Below, piece by piece: positions 10,017 through 19,267 of a DNA stretch of 64,000 nt (positions are counted from its first letter, which is position 1; each line of letters begins with the position of its first letter). A model generated the notes under the pieces. That model ran no database searches. It was not told the DNA's origin and saw nothing but the letters and a program-made list of their open reading frames with translations. A program made the position numbers and the translations under genes. Location: NCBI GenBank assembly GCA_965209055.1, contig OZ242374.1, positions 1,856,001 to 1,920,000 on the forward strand. The letters run 5' to 3'. Source of the DNA: Acidobacteriota bacterium (GTDB taxonomy: Bacteria > Acidobacteriota > UBA6911 > RPQK01 > JAJDTT01).

Positions 10017-10871
10017 ATGGAACCGTCTCGAACCCGATCGGGCGTCACCGCCTGGCAGAGGCTCCGCCGGCATCGCCTGGCCATGATCTCGTTGACCGTC
10101 CTGGGACTCATCGCCCTGGTCTCGCTGTTGGGACCCTGGCTCTCGCCTCACAGCTACAGCCGGGTCCATCTGCAGCAGCATCTCGCACCCCCCTCCGCGT
10201 CCCATTGGCTGGGAACGGACGAGCTGGGCCGCGACGTCCTGACGCGGCTGCTCCAAGGGGGGCGGGTCTCCCTCTTCGTGGGACTCTCGGCAGCCCTGCT
10301 GAGCGCGCTGGCCGGCATCCTCATCGGCGCCGTCTCGGGATATTTCGGAGGCTTCATCGACACCCTGTTGATGCGTTTCACCGACCTCATGCTCTCCATC
10401 CCCAGCCTTCCCCTGCTCCTGATCCTCTCCCGCCTGGGGAACGGGACCGTCTGGGAGATCATCGGCATCCTGGTGATCTTCGGGTGGATGAGCCTGGCGC
10501 GCATCGTTCGCGGCTCCTTCCTGTCGCTGCGTGAAATGGAGTTCGTGGACTCGGCCAGGGTGGTGGGGATTCCCCACTGGAGGATCATCCTGCGGCACAT
10601 ACTGCCCAACACCATGGCGCCCATCATCGTCTACGCCACCCTCAACCTGGGCTACGCCATCCTGGCCGAGTCCAGCCTCAGCTACCTGGGGCTCGGTATC
10701 CAGCCCCCCCTGCCCAGTTGGGGCAACATGCTGCTCAACGCTCAGCACTATTTGAAGGTTGCCCCCTGGCTGGCCATCTTCCCGGGTCTCTTGATTTTCG
10801 TGAGTCTGTTGAGCGTAAATTTTCTCGGGGACGGGCTCCGGGACGCCTTGGACCCCCGTCTGAAGATCTGA
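10017..10871 (+). CDS. peptide ABC transporter permease (OppC/DppC-like)
   Basis: HWLGTDELGRDV, EFVDSAR, RHILPN, SLSYLGLG, GDGLRDALDP. Confidence 0.93.
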   Translation: MEPSRTRSGVTAWQRLRRHRLAMISLTVLGLIALVSLLGPWLSPHSYSRVHLQQHLAPPSASHWLGTDELGRDVLTRLLQGGRVSLFVGLSAALLSALAGILIGAVSGYFGGFIDTLLMRFTDLMLSIPSLPLLLILSRLGNGTVWEIIGILVIFGWMSLARIVRGSFLSLREMEFVDSARVVGIPHWRIILRHILPNTMAPIIVYATLNLGYAILAESSLSYLGLGIQPPLPSWGNMLLNAQHYLKVAPWLAIFPGLLIFVSLLSVNFLGDGLRDALDPRLKI

Positions 10872-10904
10872 AACAACCTCCCGCGGCGGGAGATTCGATG
10901 AGGA

Positions 10905-13121
10905 GTGACCGAAATGCCACCGACTCTGCGCCAGAACGTCGCCCTGCTCAAGAGCGGGACTTCGCGGCAACTCTATGTCCAGGAAGCCCAGGCGAAAGAC
11001 GAGATCTACGAGTTCACCGACGCCGGGGGGGAGCGGGCCCGGTGGCTCAAGGGGGAGTACGCCTACCTGGCTCCCAACGCCGCCTCCGCCTTTCTCAACC
11101 GGCTGAACCTGAAGCACGACACCGTCGACGAAGAGGAGTTGCGGGAATCGATCCGGGAGTACCAGACTCTCGTGATTCCCAATGCCGCCCGGCTTGAAGA
11201 GCGCACCCTCTCGCGGATCCGGGACCGTCTACAGGACCCGGATTTCTTTCTCATGGTCACCGGCAGGACCAATCTCCCCGGTTCCCTCCTGGGCCTGGAG
11301 CGATCCCGGCTGGAGCGGCCCCAGGGCTACAGCGGATGGGGCTGGACCGCCGGTTCCCCGTTCGGCGACACGTCGACCTGGGAGGATCTCTACGTCACGG
11401 GCGCCCGCGGCGCGGCCGTTCACCGCGTCGAGGCCGCCGCCGGCGCAGAGGTTGCAGCCGGCCTCTACGAGATTACGGGGGACCTCCGCAACGCCTCGAC
11501 GGCCACCCGGAGCCGGCTCGGCGACGGGATCGTCCTCACCGGCAACACCCTCTACGTGGCCAACCAGGTCTTCGAGTTCCTGGGCGGCGTGCTGCAGGCC
11601 CACCTCTACGTGGACGAGATCCGGAACTGGAACAATCCGGTCCACTGGGGGGACACGCTGGCCTACTTCCTGGCCCGGCTCCTGAAGGAACAAAACCAGG
11701 GCCTGCCCCCTACCCGGCTGCGCGCGTTCGGCAGCTACCGGGGTGTCCTCTCCCTGCGGCACGACGTGGACCAGTCATCCGACCTGGCCATGTTGGAGTA
11801 CGAGGCGGCCAACCTGGTGCCGGCCAGTTGGGACATCCTGGACTGGGTCATTGCGGACGATTCCGCCACCGAGGAGGAGTCCCGGCTCTGGGTCCGCGAG
11901 GTCGCCAAGTACGAGTTCCTGGAGGCGGGGCTGCACAACGACAGCCTGGTGGGCGGTCCCCCCACCTACCTGGTGGGAAAGGGGCTCTACGAACATATCC
12001 GGGTCACCGAGGAGCGTCTGGGGATCCGGGTCTACACCTGCGGCCGGCACGGCGGCGCCCACGCCCACCCTGAAACCCTGGACGCCATGGACTACGCATA
12101 CGAGCAAGTGCCCGACCTGTTGGGAACCTGCACCTTCTGCTTCTACGACATGTGGGAATATGGCGAGCACGCCTACGAGACCGACGGCAGCACCACCGTG
12201 GCCAGTTCCGGCTTCTGGTTTCCCTACCACCCGGTCATCACCAGAGTGGAGAAGCACAAGGCCCTGCGGGGTTGGGATCGCACCCACGAATACGACTGCG
12301 ATTACAATCTGGTCGACCTGATCTACTCGGGCCGGCATGGGAAGGCCCCTTCCCCGGCTCCGGAAGCCACGACGCGCAAGCCTCCCTGGGAGTTTGAGTT
12401 GGGTTCGGGAGAAGGGGACGAAGACCCGTACTGGCTGGACAACGGAGTCTACACGCTCCAATACCATCCCCTCTTCAGCGCCGACGGCAGCGTCAACCAG
12501 GGGCGTGGGACCTTGGACTACCTGATCTACGCCATTACCCGGGCCGAACGGCTCGGTTTCTGGCTGGCCAGCGAGAAGATGCTGTATGAGACCATGACCG
12601 ACTATGAGTCCATCCGATTCCGCGCCGATTCTCCCGGGAGCGTGACGGTGGCCAACCCCACCGGCCGGCGCCTGGAAGGGTTCATGGTGGAGAGCGACGT
12701 TCCCGTGGAAGGGGTCTCGGCGGACGGAGTGAACTACATTCACATCGTGGACGGACGCTATTTCACGGCGCCTCCCCTGGACCCGGGGGAGCAGGTGACC
12801 CTCCGGTTGGCGCCGCCGCCTGCCGGCTGTCCGCTGCTCCTGAACGCCAACTCCAAGGGCCTCCAGGTCTTGAACGCGGTCTACGACAGCGCCGGCGCGA
12901 CGGTTGCTTTGGATCTGAAGCTGATTCGCCGCCACGGCCTCTGCCTTTACGACGTCCTGCCGGAGCGGGATTATCGAGTGACCGTCCGGGCCCGGGATTG
13001 GACGCGGGTCCAGGTCTGCAGGTCTCGTCCCGAGAAGATCCTGACTTTCGAGCTGGAGGGAGATCAGAACCGGTTCGGGCGGTTCAGAGTCGAAGTCGAA
13101 ATCGTGCCGGAGGACGAATGA
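10905..13121 (+). CDS. 738-aa hypothetical protein with a central polysaccharide deacetylase (CE4/NodB)-like region
   Basis: Long ORF with GC-rich codon usage, operonic with the ABC genes; LSLRHDVD, GLHND, RHGG and YHP motifs resemble CE4 metal-site motifs. Start may be ATG 10914. Confidence 0.55.
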   Translation: MTEMPPTLRQNVALLKSGTSRQLYVQEAQAKDEIYEFTDAGGERARWLKGEYAYLAPNAASAFLNRLNLKHDTVDEEELRESIREYQTLVIPNAARLEERTLSRIRDRLQDPDFFLMVTGRTNLPGSLLGLERSRLERPQGYSGWGWTAGSPFGDTSTWEDLYVTGARGAAVHRVEAAAGAEVAAGLYEITGDLRNASTATRSRLGDGIVLTGNTLYVANQVFEFLGGVLQAHLYVDEIRNWNNPVHWGDTLAYFLARLLKEQNQGLPPTRLRAFGSYRGVLSLRHDVDQSSDLAMLEYEAANLVPASWDILDWVIADDSATEEESRLWVREVAKYEFLEAGLHNDSLVGGPPTYLVGKGLYEHIRVTEERLGIRVYTCGRHGGAHAHPETLDAMDYAYEQVPDLLGTCTFCFYDMWEYGEHAYETDGSTTVASSGFWFPYHPVITRVEKHKALRGWDRTHEYDCDYNLVDLIYSGRHGKAPSPAPEATTRKPPWEFELGSGEGDEDPYWLDNGVYTLQYHPLFSADGSVNQGRGTLDYLIYAITRAERLGFWLASEKMLYETMTDYESIRFRADSPGSVTVANPTGRRLEGFMVESDVPVEGVSADGVNYIHIVDGRYFTAPPLDPGEQVTLRLAPPPAGCPLLLNANSKGLQVLNAVYDSAGATVALDLKLIRRHGLCLYDVLPERDYRVTVRARDWTRVQVCRSRPEKILTFELEGDQNRFGRFRVEVEIVPEDE

Positions 13122-14317
13122 GCATCGAGCTGCGGGCCCTGTCCGCCGAAGACTATCCCGCCTGGATCCGGGCCAAGTACAGCGGATTCGGGTACGGCAT
13201 CCCGGAATCGCAGCTACTGACCACTCCGGTTGAAATAGACCGTTCGCTGGCCGCGTACGACTCGGGACGGATCGTGGGCACCATCAACTCCCACACCTTC
13301 CGGCTGCGGATTCCGGGAGGCTGGCTCCCCATGGCCGGGGTGGCCGGAGTGACGGTCCAGCCCACGCACCGGAGGCGGGGGCTCATGACCCGGATGATGA
13401 ACCGCCAGCTCCGGGACATGCATGACCGGAAAGAACCCGCCACCGGCCTCTACGCCTCCGAGAGCATCATCTACGGCCGCTTCGGTTATGGGATCGCCAC
13501 TTTCCACGAGTCCTGGTCCATCGACCGGCTGCGGACGCAGATGATCCCCGGCGACTCGGGCGCAGGACGGGTGGAATACATTTCCCGGCCTGAAGCGCTG
13601 GAATTGTTGCCTGAGGTTCGCGAGCAGGCCTGTTATGGGCGAGCCGGGGCCATCCATCGCCGAACCGCGCGTTGGGAACAGGCTCTCGGCGACCCCCAGG
13701 ACCAGGATCGCCCGGACCGGACCCGGTTGATCCGCGCCGTGTACCGGGACGGGTCCAGCGTCGAAGGCTATGCGCTCTACCGGATCCGCCCCCGGGACCA
13801 GATCGTCGCCGTGGACGAACTCTGCGGCATCAACGCGCGCGCCGAAAGAGCGCTTTGGCAGTTCTGCTTCGGAGTGGACCTGATGACCTGCATCCAGGCG
13901 GGCCACCGACCCTTGCAGGACCCGCTCCTCTGGATGCTGGCCGACCCGCGCCACCTGAAACGCACCCCCTGCGATTCTCTCTGGCTCCGCCTCATCGACG
14001 CGCCGGCGGCGCTCTCAGCCCGGCGGTACGCTTCATCGGGCCGGCTGATTCTCGAATTGGAGGATGCGAGCTGCCCCTGGAACCGGGGCCGCTTCGAGCT
14101 GGAAGGGGGACCCGACGGCGCCGCCTGCCGCCCCACCACCCGGCGCCCCGACCTGGAACTCACGGCCAACGAGCTGGGCGCCGTCTACCTCGGCGGCGTG
14201 AGCTTCGTGACCCTGGCTCGCGCGTCCCGCATCCGGGCCCGCGACCCCAGGAAACTCGCCGAAGCCGACGCCATGTTCCGCGTCACCCCGCCCCCTTGGT
14301 GCAGCGAGCATTTCTGA
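13118..14317 (+). CDS. Eis-family GNAT acetyltransferase
   Basis: VAGVTVQPTHRRRGL, LYASESIIYGRFGYG, LWLRLID, SCP2-like tail ending in F; ATGA overlap with the upstream gene. Confidence 0.9.
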   Translation: MSIELRALSAEDYPAWIRAKYSGFGYGIPESQLLTTPVEIDRSLAAYDSGRIVGTINSHTFRLRIPGGWLPMAGVAGVTVQPTHRRRGLMTRMMNRQLRDMHDRKEPATGLYASESIIYGRFGYGIATFHESWSIDRLRTQMIPGDSGAGRVEYISRPEALELLPEVREQACYGRAGAIHRRTARWEQALGDPQDQDRPDRTRLIRAVYRDGSSVEGYALYRIRPRDQIVAVDELCGINARAERALWQFCFGVDLMTCIQAGHRPLQDPLLWMLADPRHLKRTPCDSLWLRLIDAPAALSARRYASSGRLILELEDASCPWNRGRFELEGGPDGAACRPTTRRPDLELTANELGAVYLGGVSFVTLARASRIRARDPRKLAEADAMFRVTPPPWCSEHF

Positions 14318-14319
14318 GT

Positions 14320-14343
14320 GGAGCGGCGACTTTCCTGTCGCCG
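14320..14343 (+). repeat. GGAG-hairpin REP-like element
   Basis: GGAG CGGCGAC TTTCCT GTCGCCG, 2 nt after the GNAT stop codon. Confidence 0.75.
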
Positions 14344-14404
14344 ACAGGGAACGGAGTCCCCTCTCTGCGCTTCCAAAAATTCAAAACTTGGAAAGCCCGG
14401 GAAA

Positions 14405-14482
14405 TGGGGTGGGCGATGGGACTTGAACCCACGGCCACAGGGGCCACAACCCTGTGCTCTACCTGACTGAGCTACGCCCACC
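14405..14482 (-). tRNA. tRNA-His(GTG)
   Basis: Reverse complement: G-GTGGGCG TA GCTC AGTCAGGTA GAGC A CAGGG TT-GTG-GC CCCTG TGGCC GTGGG TTCAAGT CCCAT CGCCCAC C CCA; cloverleaf, G-1:C73 and encoded CCA. Confidence 0.97.
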
Positions 14483-14541
14483 ACATATTCGAAACGCCAC
14501 GCCCGGAAATGAGGTTTCCGGGCGGAAGGATCGCTATTCTA

Positions 14542-16056
14542 TTAGAAAATCCGATCCGCCAGCAACCTTGAGGCGGTTTGGCGAAAGGGCTCGCGATCCC
14601 GTTTTTCGGCGGCCTCCAGGGCCTCCCGCAGGGACCGTCCCTTGACCAGCGTCTCCTGGTATTCCGCCTCCGGGTCGCTGTCGGCGACGATTCCGGCGCC
14701 CACGTGAAATTCGGCGCGCCCATCCCGGACGACGATGGTGCGAATGGCCACGTTCAGATCCATCCCGCCGGTGAAGCTCAGGTACCCGAGAGACCCGGTG
14801 TAGATCCCCCGCCGGACCGTCTCCAGCTCTTCGATCACCTGCATGGCGCGGATCTTGGGCGCTCCGGTGATGGAGCCTCCGGGGAAGGTGGCCTTGAGAA
14901 GATCCACGCGGTCGCGTCCGGGGGCCAGGATCCCCTCCACCGTCGAGGTCAGGTGAAACAGCGTGGGGAAGGTCTCCAGCAGCGACAATTCCCTCACTTG
15001 GACCGTGCCCACCTGCGCCACCCGGCCCAGGTCGTTCCGCTCCAGGTCCACGATCATGACGTGCTCGGCCCGGTCCTTCCCGCTGTGGACGAGCTCCCGG
15101 GCCAGGAGGCGGTCCTCCGTGACGGTTCGCCCGCGCGGCCGGGTGCCCTTGATGGGACGGGTTTCGACGCGGCGCGTCTCCGGGTCCAGGTGCAGGAAGC
15201 GTTCCGGCGACATGCTGACCACGGCGAAGTCTCCACCGTCCAGGAAGGCGGAGAATGGGGCGGGGGCCGCCTGGCGCAGATCCAGGAAGAGCCGGAACGG
15301 GTCCTTCCTGAAGCGTGTCCGGAAGCGATGGGAGAGGTTGGCCTGGTAGATGTCTCCGGCGGCGATGAATTCCTTGATCCGGTCGACGGCCCGGGCGAAC
15401 CCGGAAGGAGTGAAGTTGGAATCGAAGCCGTCGCCGCCAGCGGATGCCGGCGGTGCCGGTACGGGGCCGCGCATCGGGGCGGCTACCGCGGATTCGACTG
15501 CCGCGGTCAGCTCCCGAATCCGGGATTCCGCCCGTTGGCGGGCCCGGCCGCCGGAATCGGGCTGGCCGGTGGCGCTGAGCACGATCCGTTCCCGCTCCAG
15601 GTCGATGGTCACCGCGGAATCGAACAGACCCAACCAGAGGTCGGGGAGGCCGGTCTCCTGGTCCGCTCTCGGGGGCGCACCGAACGCCGGCTCCATCAGA
15701 GCCCCGAGCTCGTAACCGAAATATCCCAAGGCCCCCGCCGGAAAAGGGGTGGGCCAGTTCGAGTCCGGAAGCCGGAAGCGCTTCAGTACGTCCCGGAGGA
15801 GCGGAAGCGTCGATCCTCTTTCGCAACGGCCGTCTTTCCAGGTCAGGACCGCCCGGTCCCCTCGGGCAGTGAGGAGGGCGAACGGGTCGACGGCGCAGAC
15901 GCAGAACCGGGACAGGGGACCGCCCCGCGCGCCTCCGGGGTCCCAACCGCTGTCGAGAACCGCCCGGGGGCCCCGGGACCGGCTCAGCCGGGCGTACAGC
16001 GCGGCCGGGTCGGAAGAAAGGGGCAGGGACCGGCAATACATGGCTTCAATCTTCAC
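14542..16056 (-). CDS. pabB: aminodeoxychorismate synthase component I
   Basis: AGDIYQANLS, SPERFL, ETRPIKGTRPR (PabB PIKGT Lys), KDRAEHVMIVDLERNDLGRV, FPGGSITGAPKIRAM. Confidence 0.88.
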   Translation of the reverse strand: MKIEAMYCRSLPLSSDPAALYARLSRSRGPRAVLDSGWDPGGARGGPLSRFCVCAVDPFALLTARGDRAVLTWKDGRCERGSTLPLLRDVLKRFRLPDSNWPTPFPAGALGYFGYELGALMEPAFGAPPRADQETGLPDLWLGLFDSAVTIDLERERIVLSATGQPDSGGRARQRAESRIRELTAAVESAVAAPMRGPVPAPPASAGGDGFDSNFTPSGFARAVDRIKEFIAAGDIYQANLSHRFRTRFRKDPFRLFLDLRQAAPAPFSAFLDGGDFAVVSMSPERFLHLDPETRRVETRPIKGTRPRGRTVTEDRLLARELVHSGKDRAEHVMIVDLERNDLGRVAQVGTVQVRELSLLETFPTLFHLTSTVEGILAPGRDRVDLLKATFPGGSITGAPKIRAMQVIEELETVRRGIYTGSLGYLSFTGGMDLNVAIRTIVVRDGRAEFHVGAGIVADSDPEAEYQETLVKGRSLREALEAAEKRDREPFRQTASRLLADRIF

Positions 16057-16396
16057 CCGCCGGCGCGAATCGGTCCGGTCTGGGATGGGGCGCCATGAAG
16101 ACCAGGCAGATCAGAGGATCACCGGAATGGTTGAGCACGCCGTGGGGTTCGCCCGCCGGGGCCCAGGTGGCCTCCCCTTCTTCCAGGGTGTGGGTTTCCT
16201 CACCCACCGTAAAACGACCGCGCCCCTTCAGGACGTGGTAGATCTTGTCGTTGCCCCGGTGGGAGTGAACCTTCTGTTCCTGGCCCGGTTCGAAGCAGTA
16301 GATGTCGCAGAACATGCGGGGGGTTTCGAAGAGGTTCACCTTTTGCATTTTCTCGGGACGAAACCGGGTCAGGTCCCAAACCTGTTTGATCTGCAT
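16046..16396 (-). CDS. cupin domain protein
   Basis: EPGQEQKVHSH..DKIYHVLKG..PAGEPHGVLN; C-terminal part of ORF 16046..18376, ATG at 16396. Confidence 0.85.
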   Translation of the reverse strand: MQIKQVWDLTRFRPEKMQKVNLFETPRMFCDIYCFEPGQEQKVHSHRGNDKIYHVLKGRGRFTVGEETHTLEEGEATWAPAGEPHGVLNHSGDPLICLVFMAPHPRPDRFAPAGED

Positions 16397-16528
16397 GACT
16401 GCTCCTTGTCGGCCCGCGGGAACTGCGTCCCGGAGTTGTTGAGTCGCCTTCGCAGGATTTGGTATAAACTCGCTCCTTCGTCCTGCTGAACAAGCGAAGC
16501 ATATCGAATCTTCCGAAGAGAGGGAATT

Positions 16529-17587
16529 ATGAGAAGAATCCAGATCGGCGACTATGTCGAGGACGTCATCGAACGCAGCGACTACCCCATGGACAAGGTC
16601 CGGGAGATTCTGGGTCGCGAGCGCATCGGCGTCATTGGCTACGGCCCTCAGGGCCACGGGCAGTCCCTGAACTGCCGGGACAACGGGATCGACGTGGTCG
16701 TCGGGCAGCGCCGCGGCGGCAACGGCTGGAAGAAGGCGGTCGAGGACGGCTGGACCCCGGGTGTCAACCTGATCGAGGACATCACGCAGGTGGTGGAGCA
16801 GTCCACGCTGGTCATGTACCTGTTGAGCGACGCCGGGCAGGGCGCGCAGTGGCCCAACATCAAGCCCCACTTCAAACCGGGCGACGCCCTCTGCTTTTCC
16901 CACGGGTTCGCCCTCACCTACAACGACCAGACCGGCGTGGTTCCGCCGCCCGACATCGACGTGATCCTGGTGGCGCCCAAGGGATCCGGGACGACGGTGA
17001 GGCGGCTCTTCCTCGAGGGCCGGGGGATCAATTCCAGCTACGCGGTGGACCAGGACTACACGGGCCGCGCCCGGGAGCGCTGCCTGGCGCTGGGAATCGC
17101 CATCGGGTCCGGGTTCCTCTTCGAGACCGACTTCAAAAAGGAGGTCTACAGCGACCTGACGGGAGAACGGGGGGTCCTGATGGGAGCCATCTACGGACTC
17201 TGGCTGGCCCAGTACGAGGTGCTTCGGGCACGGGGCCACAGTCCTCAGGAGGCTTTCAACGAGACCGTTGAAGAGGCAACCCAGAGCCTCTACCCTCTCA
17301 TCGCCGAGAACGGGATGGATTGGATGTACGCCAACTGCTCCACCACGGCCCAACGCGGCGCCCTGGACTGGTTCAAGCGCTTCCGGGACGCCAACGTCCC
17401 CATCTTCGAGGAGCTCTACGACAAGGTGGCGCGCGGCGAAGAGACGCGCCGGGTCCTGGCTGCGAACCGGGCCGCCGACTACCGGGAGGCCCTCACCCGG
17501 GAGTTGAAGGAGGTCGAGCAATCGGAGATGTGGCGGATCGGCAAGGTGGTCCGGGAGCTTCGGCCCGAACGCCAGTCCGGGGAATGA
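16529..17587 (+). CDS. ilvC: ketol-acid reductoisomerase
   Basis: VIGYGPQGHGQSLN, LLSDAGQ, FSHGF, VAPKGSG, SDLTGERGVLMG, CSTTAQRGALDW. Confidence 0.95.
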   Translation: MRRIQIGDYVEDVIERSDYPMDKVREILGRERIGVIGYGPQGHGQSLNCRDNGIDVVVGQRRGGNGWKKAVEDGWTPGVNLIEDITQVVEQSTLVMYLLSDAGQGAQWPNIKPHFKPGDALCFSHGFALTYNDQTGVVPPPDIDVILVAPKGSGTTVRRLFLEGRGINSSYAVDQDYTGRARERCLALGIAIGSGFLFETDFKKEVYSDLTGERGVLMGAIYGLWLAQYEVLRARGHSPQEAFNETVEEATQSLYPLIAENGMDWMYANCSTTAQRGALDWFKRFRDANVPIFEELYDKVARGEETRRVLAANRAADYREALTRELKEVEQSEMWRIGKVVRELRPERQSGE

Positions 17588-17629
17588 CGAATGGAACGCC
17601 GGGACGGCCCTTGATTCCGGACAGTTGAG

Positions 17630-19267
17630 ATGGCCAACAGGACCGGCGGCGAGGCACTGGTGGAGCGTTTGTCGCTCCACGGGGTCGACCTCCTTTTCGG
17701 CATCATCTCCATCCACAACCTGGATATCTTCGACGCCCTCCACCGCTACCGGGACCGGGTGCGCCACATCGGCGGACGGTCGGAACTGGGTTGCGGATTC
17801 ATGGCCGACGGATACGCTCGTTCCAGCGGCCGTCCCGGCGTCCTGGTCACCAGCACCGGGCCCGGCGCGGCCAACTCCATGCACGCGGTGGGTGAGGCCT
17901 ACCATTCCAGCTCTCCCCTGCTGCATCTGACCACCACCGTGGCGAGAGGCGAGCGGGAGCAGGGTCTGGGCCTGATCCACGAGCCCAAGAAACAGTTTCG
18001 GATGCTGCGCTCCGTGACCGGCCACGCCCGCCGGGTGGAGGATGCGGACTCGCTGGCGGTGGCTGTGGACGAGGCATTCGCGGCTCTCTCCTCCGGCCGC
18101 CGACGCCCTGCGGTCCTCCAGTTTCCCAACGATCTTTTGGGGTCTCCCTGTCCGGCCGGTGGCGATCTCCCGGCGCTTCCCGAACCGCCGGGAGCCGGCG
18201 AGGAGGAACTGGACCAGATCGTGTCCGCCCTGGGGCAGGCCAAACGGCCGCTGATCTGGGCCGGCGAGGAACTGGCCTACACGGGAGCCCATGAGGCCGT
18301 GATCCGGCTGGCCGAGACTCTGGGGATTCCCGTCGTCACGGGAGACGGCGGCAAGGACGCTTTCCCCGAAGACCATGCCCTCTCATTGGGCACCAGCCTG
18401 GGCCAGCGAATTTGGGCCGACAATCCGGTCCACGAGTTCATCCCGCAATGTGACCTGGTGCTGGCATTGGGGTGCGGATTCATCCATCGCAGCACGGTGC
18501 AACTCGGGATCCGGCTTCCGGAGCAACTCGTACAGGTGGTCGCCGACCCGGATTATCTGGGACGTAACTATCCGGTCAGTCTGGGTGTCGTGGCCGACGG
18601 AGGTGCGGTGGCGCGTCAGATCCTGGAGCGGGTTCAGGGCCGGGACTTCGTGACAAGCACCGGATACCGAGACGAGATCCGGAATCTCAAGCGGCAGATC
18701 CGCGCCGAGCTCCAACGTGAATGGCCGTCCCAGACACGAGCCATGGAGGCCATCCGGAGCGTGCTGCCCCGGGAGACCATCACCACTTGGGATACCACCG
18801 TTCCCGCCAGCCGCGCCAGCCGCGCCTTCCAGGCCTATGGGCCCCGCACCTTCCTGAACCCGTATGGCTGGGTCGGCCTCGGTTTCTCCTTGCCAGCCGC
18901 TCTGGGAGCCAAGGCAGCCAATCCCGACACCCCCGTGGTCAGCTTCTCGGGAGACGGCGGGTTCCAATACTGCATGTCCGAGTTGGCCACCTCGGTTCAA
19001 TATGGCTTGAACGTGACGGCGGTCCTCTTCAACGACGACGCGTGGGGTGTCCTGAAGTGGATGCAGAAGAACAGCTACGGCGGCAGGTACCTGGGAACCG
19101 ATCTGGTCAACCCCGATTTCGTGAAGATTGCCGAAGGGTACGGAGTCGCCGGGGCGCGGGTCGATTCCCTGGCCGAACTTCTGCCGGTCCTGGAGGAAGC
19201 CGTCGGGTCCGATGGGACGACCCTGATCGACGTGCGGATCCCCCGCGGTTTCAGCGAGTTCGCTTGA
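17630..19267 (+). CDS. thiamine pyrophosphate-binding enzyme (acetolactate synthase-like)
   Basis: SELGCGFMADGYAR, TGPGAAN, GDGGFQY...FNDDAWG TPP motif. Confidence 0.87.
   Translation: MANRTGGEALVERLSLHGVDLLFGIISIHNLDIFDALHRYRDRVRHIGGRSELGCGFMADGYARSSGRPGVLVTSTGPGAANSMHAVGEAYHSSSPLLHLTTTVARGEREQGLGLIHEPKKQFRMLRSVTGHARRVEDADSLAVAVDEAFAALSSGRRRPAVLQFPNDLLGSPCPAGGDLPALPEPPGAGEEELDQIVSALGQAKRPLIWAGEELAYTGAHEAVIRLAETLGIPVVTGDGGKDAFPEDHALSLGTSLGQRIWADNPVHEFIPQCDLVLALGCGFIHRSTVQLGIRLPEQLVQVVADPDYLGRNYPVSLGVVADGGAVARQILERVQGRDFVTSTGYRDEIRNLKRQIRAELQREWPSQTRAMEAIRSVLPRETITTWDTTVPASRASRAFQAYGPRTFLNPYGWVGLGFSLPAALGAKAANPDTPVVSFSGDGGFQYCMSELATSVQYGLNVTAVLFNDDAWGVLKWMQKNSYGGRYLGTDLVNPDFVKIAEGYGVAGARVDSLAELLPVLEEAVGSDGTTLIDVRIPRGFSEFA

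Noticed and set aside
14340-14482. tRNA-His as an integration site of a genomic island
   Set aside because: No integrase and no duplicated tRNA 3' end noticed in the window.
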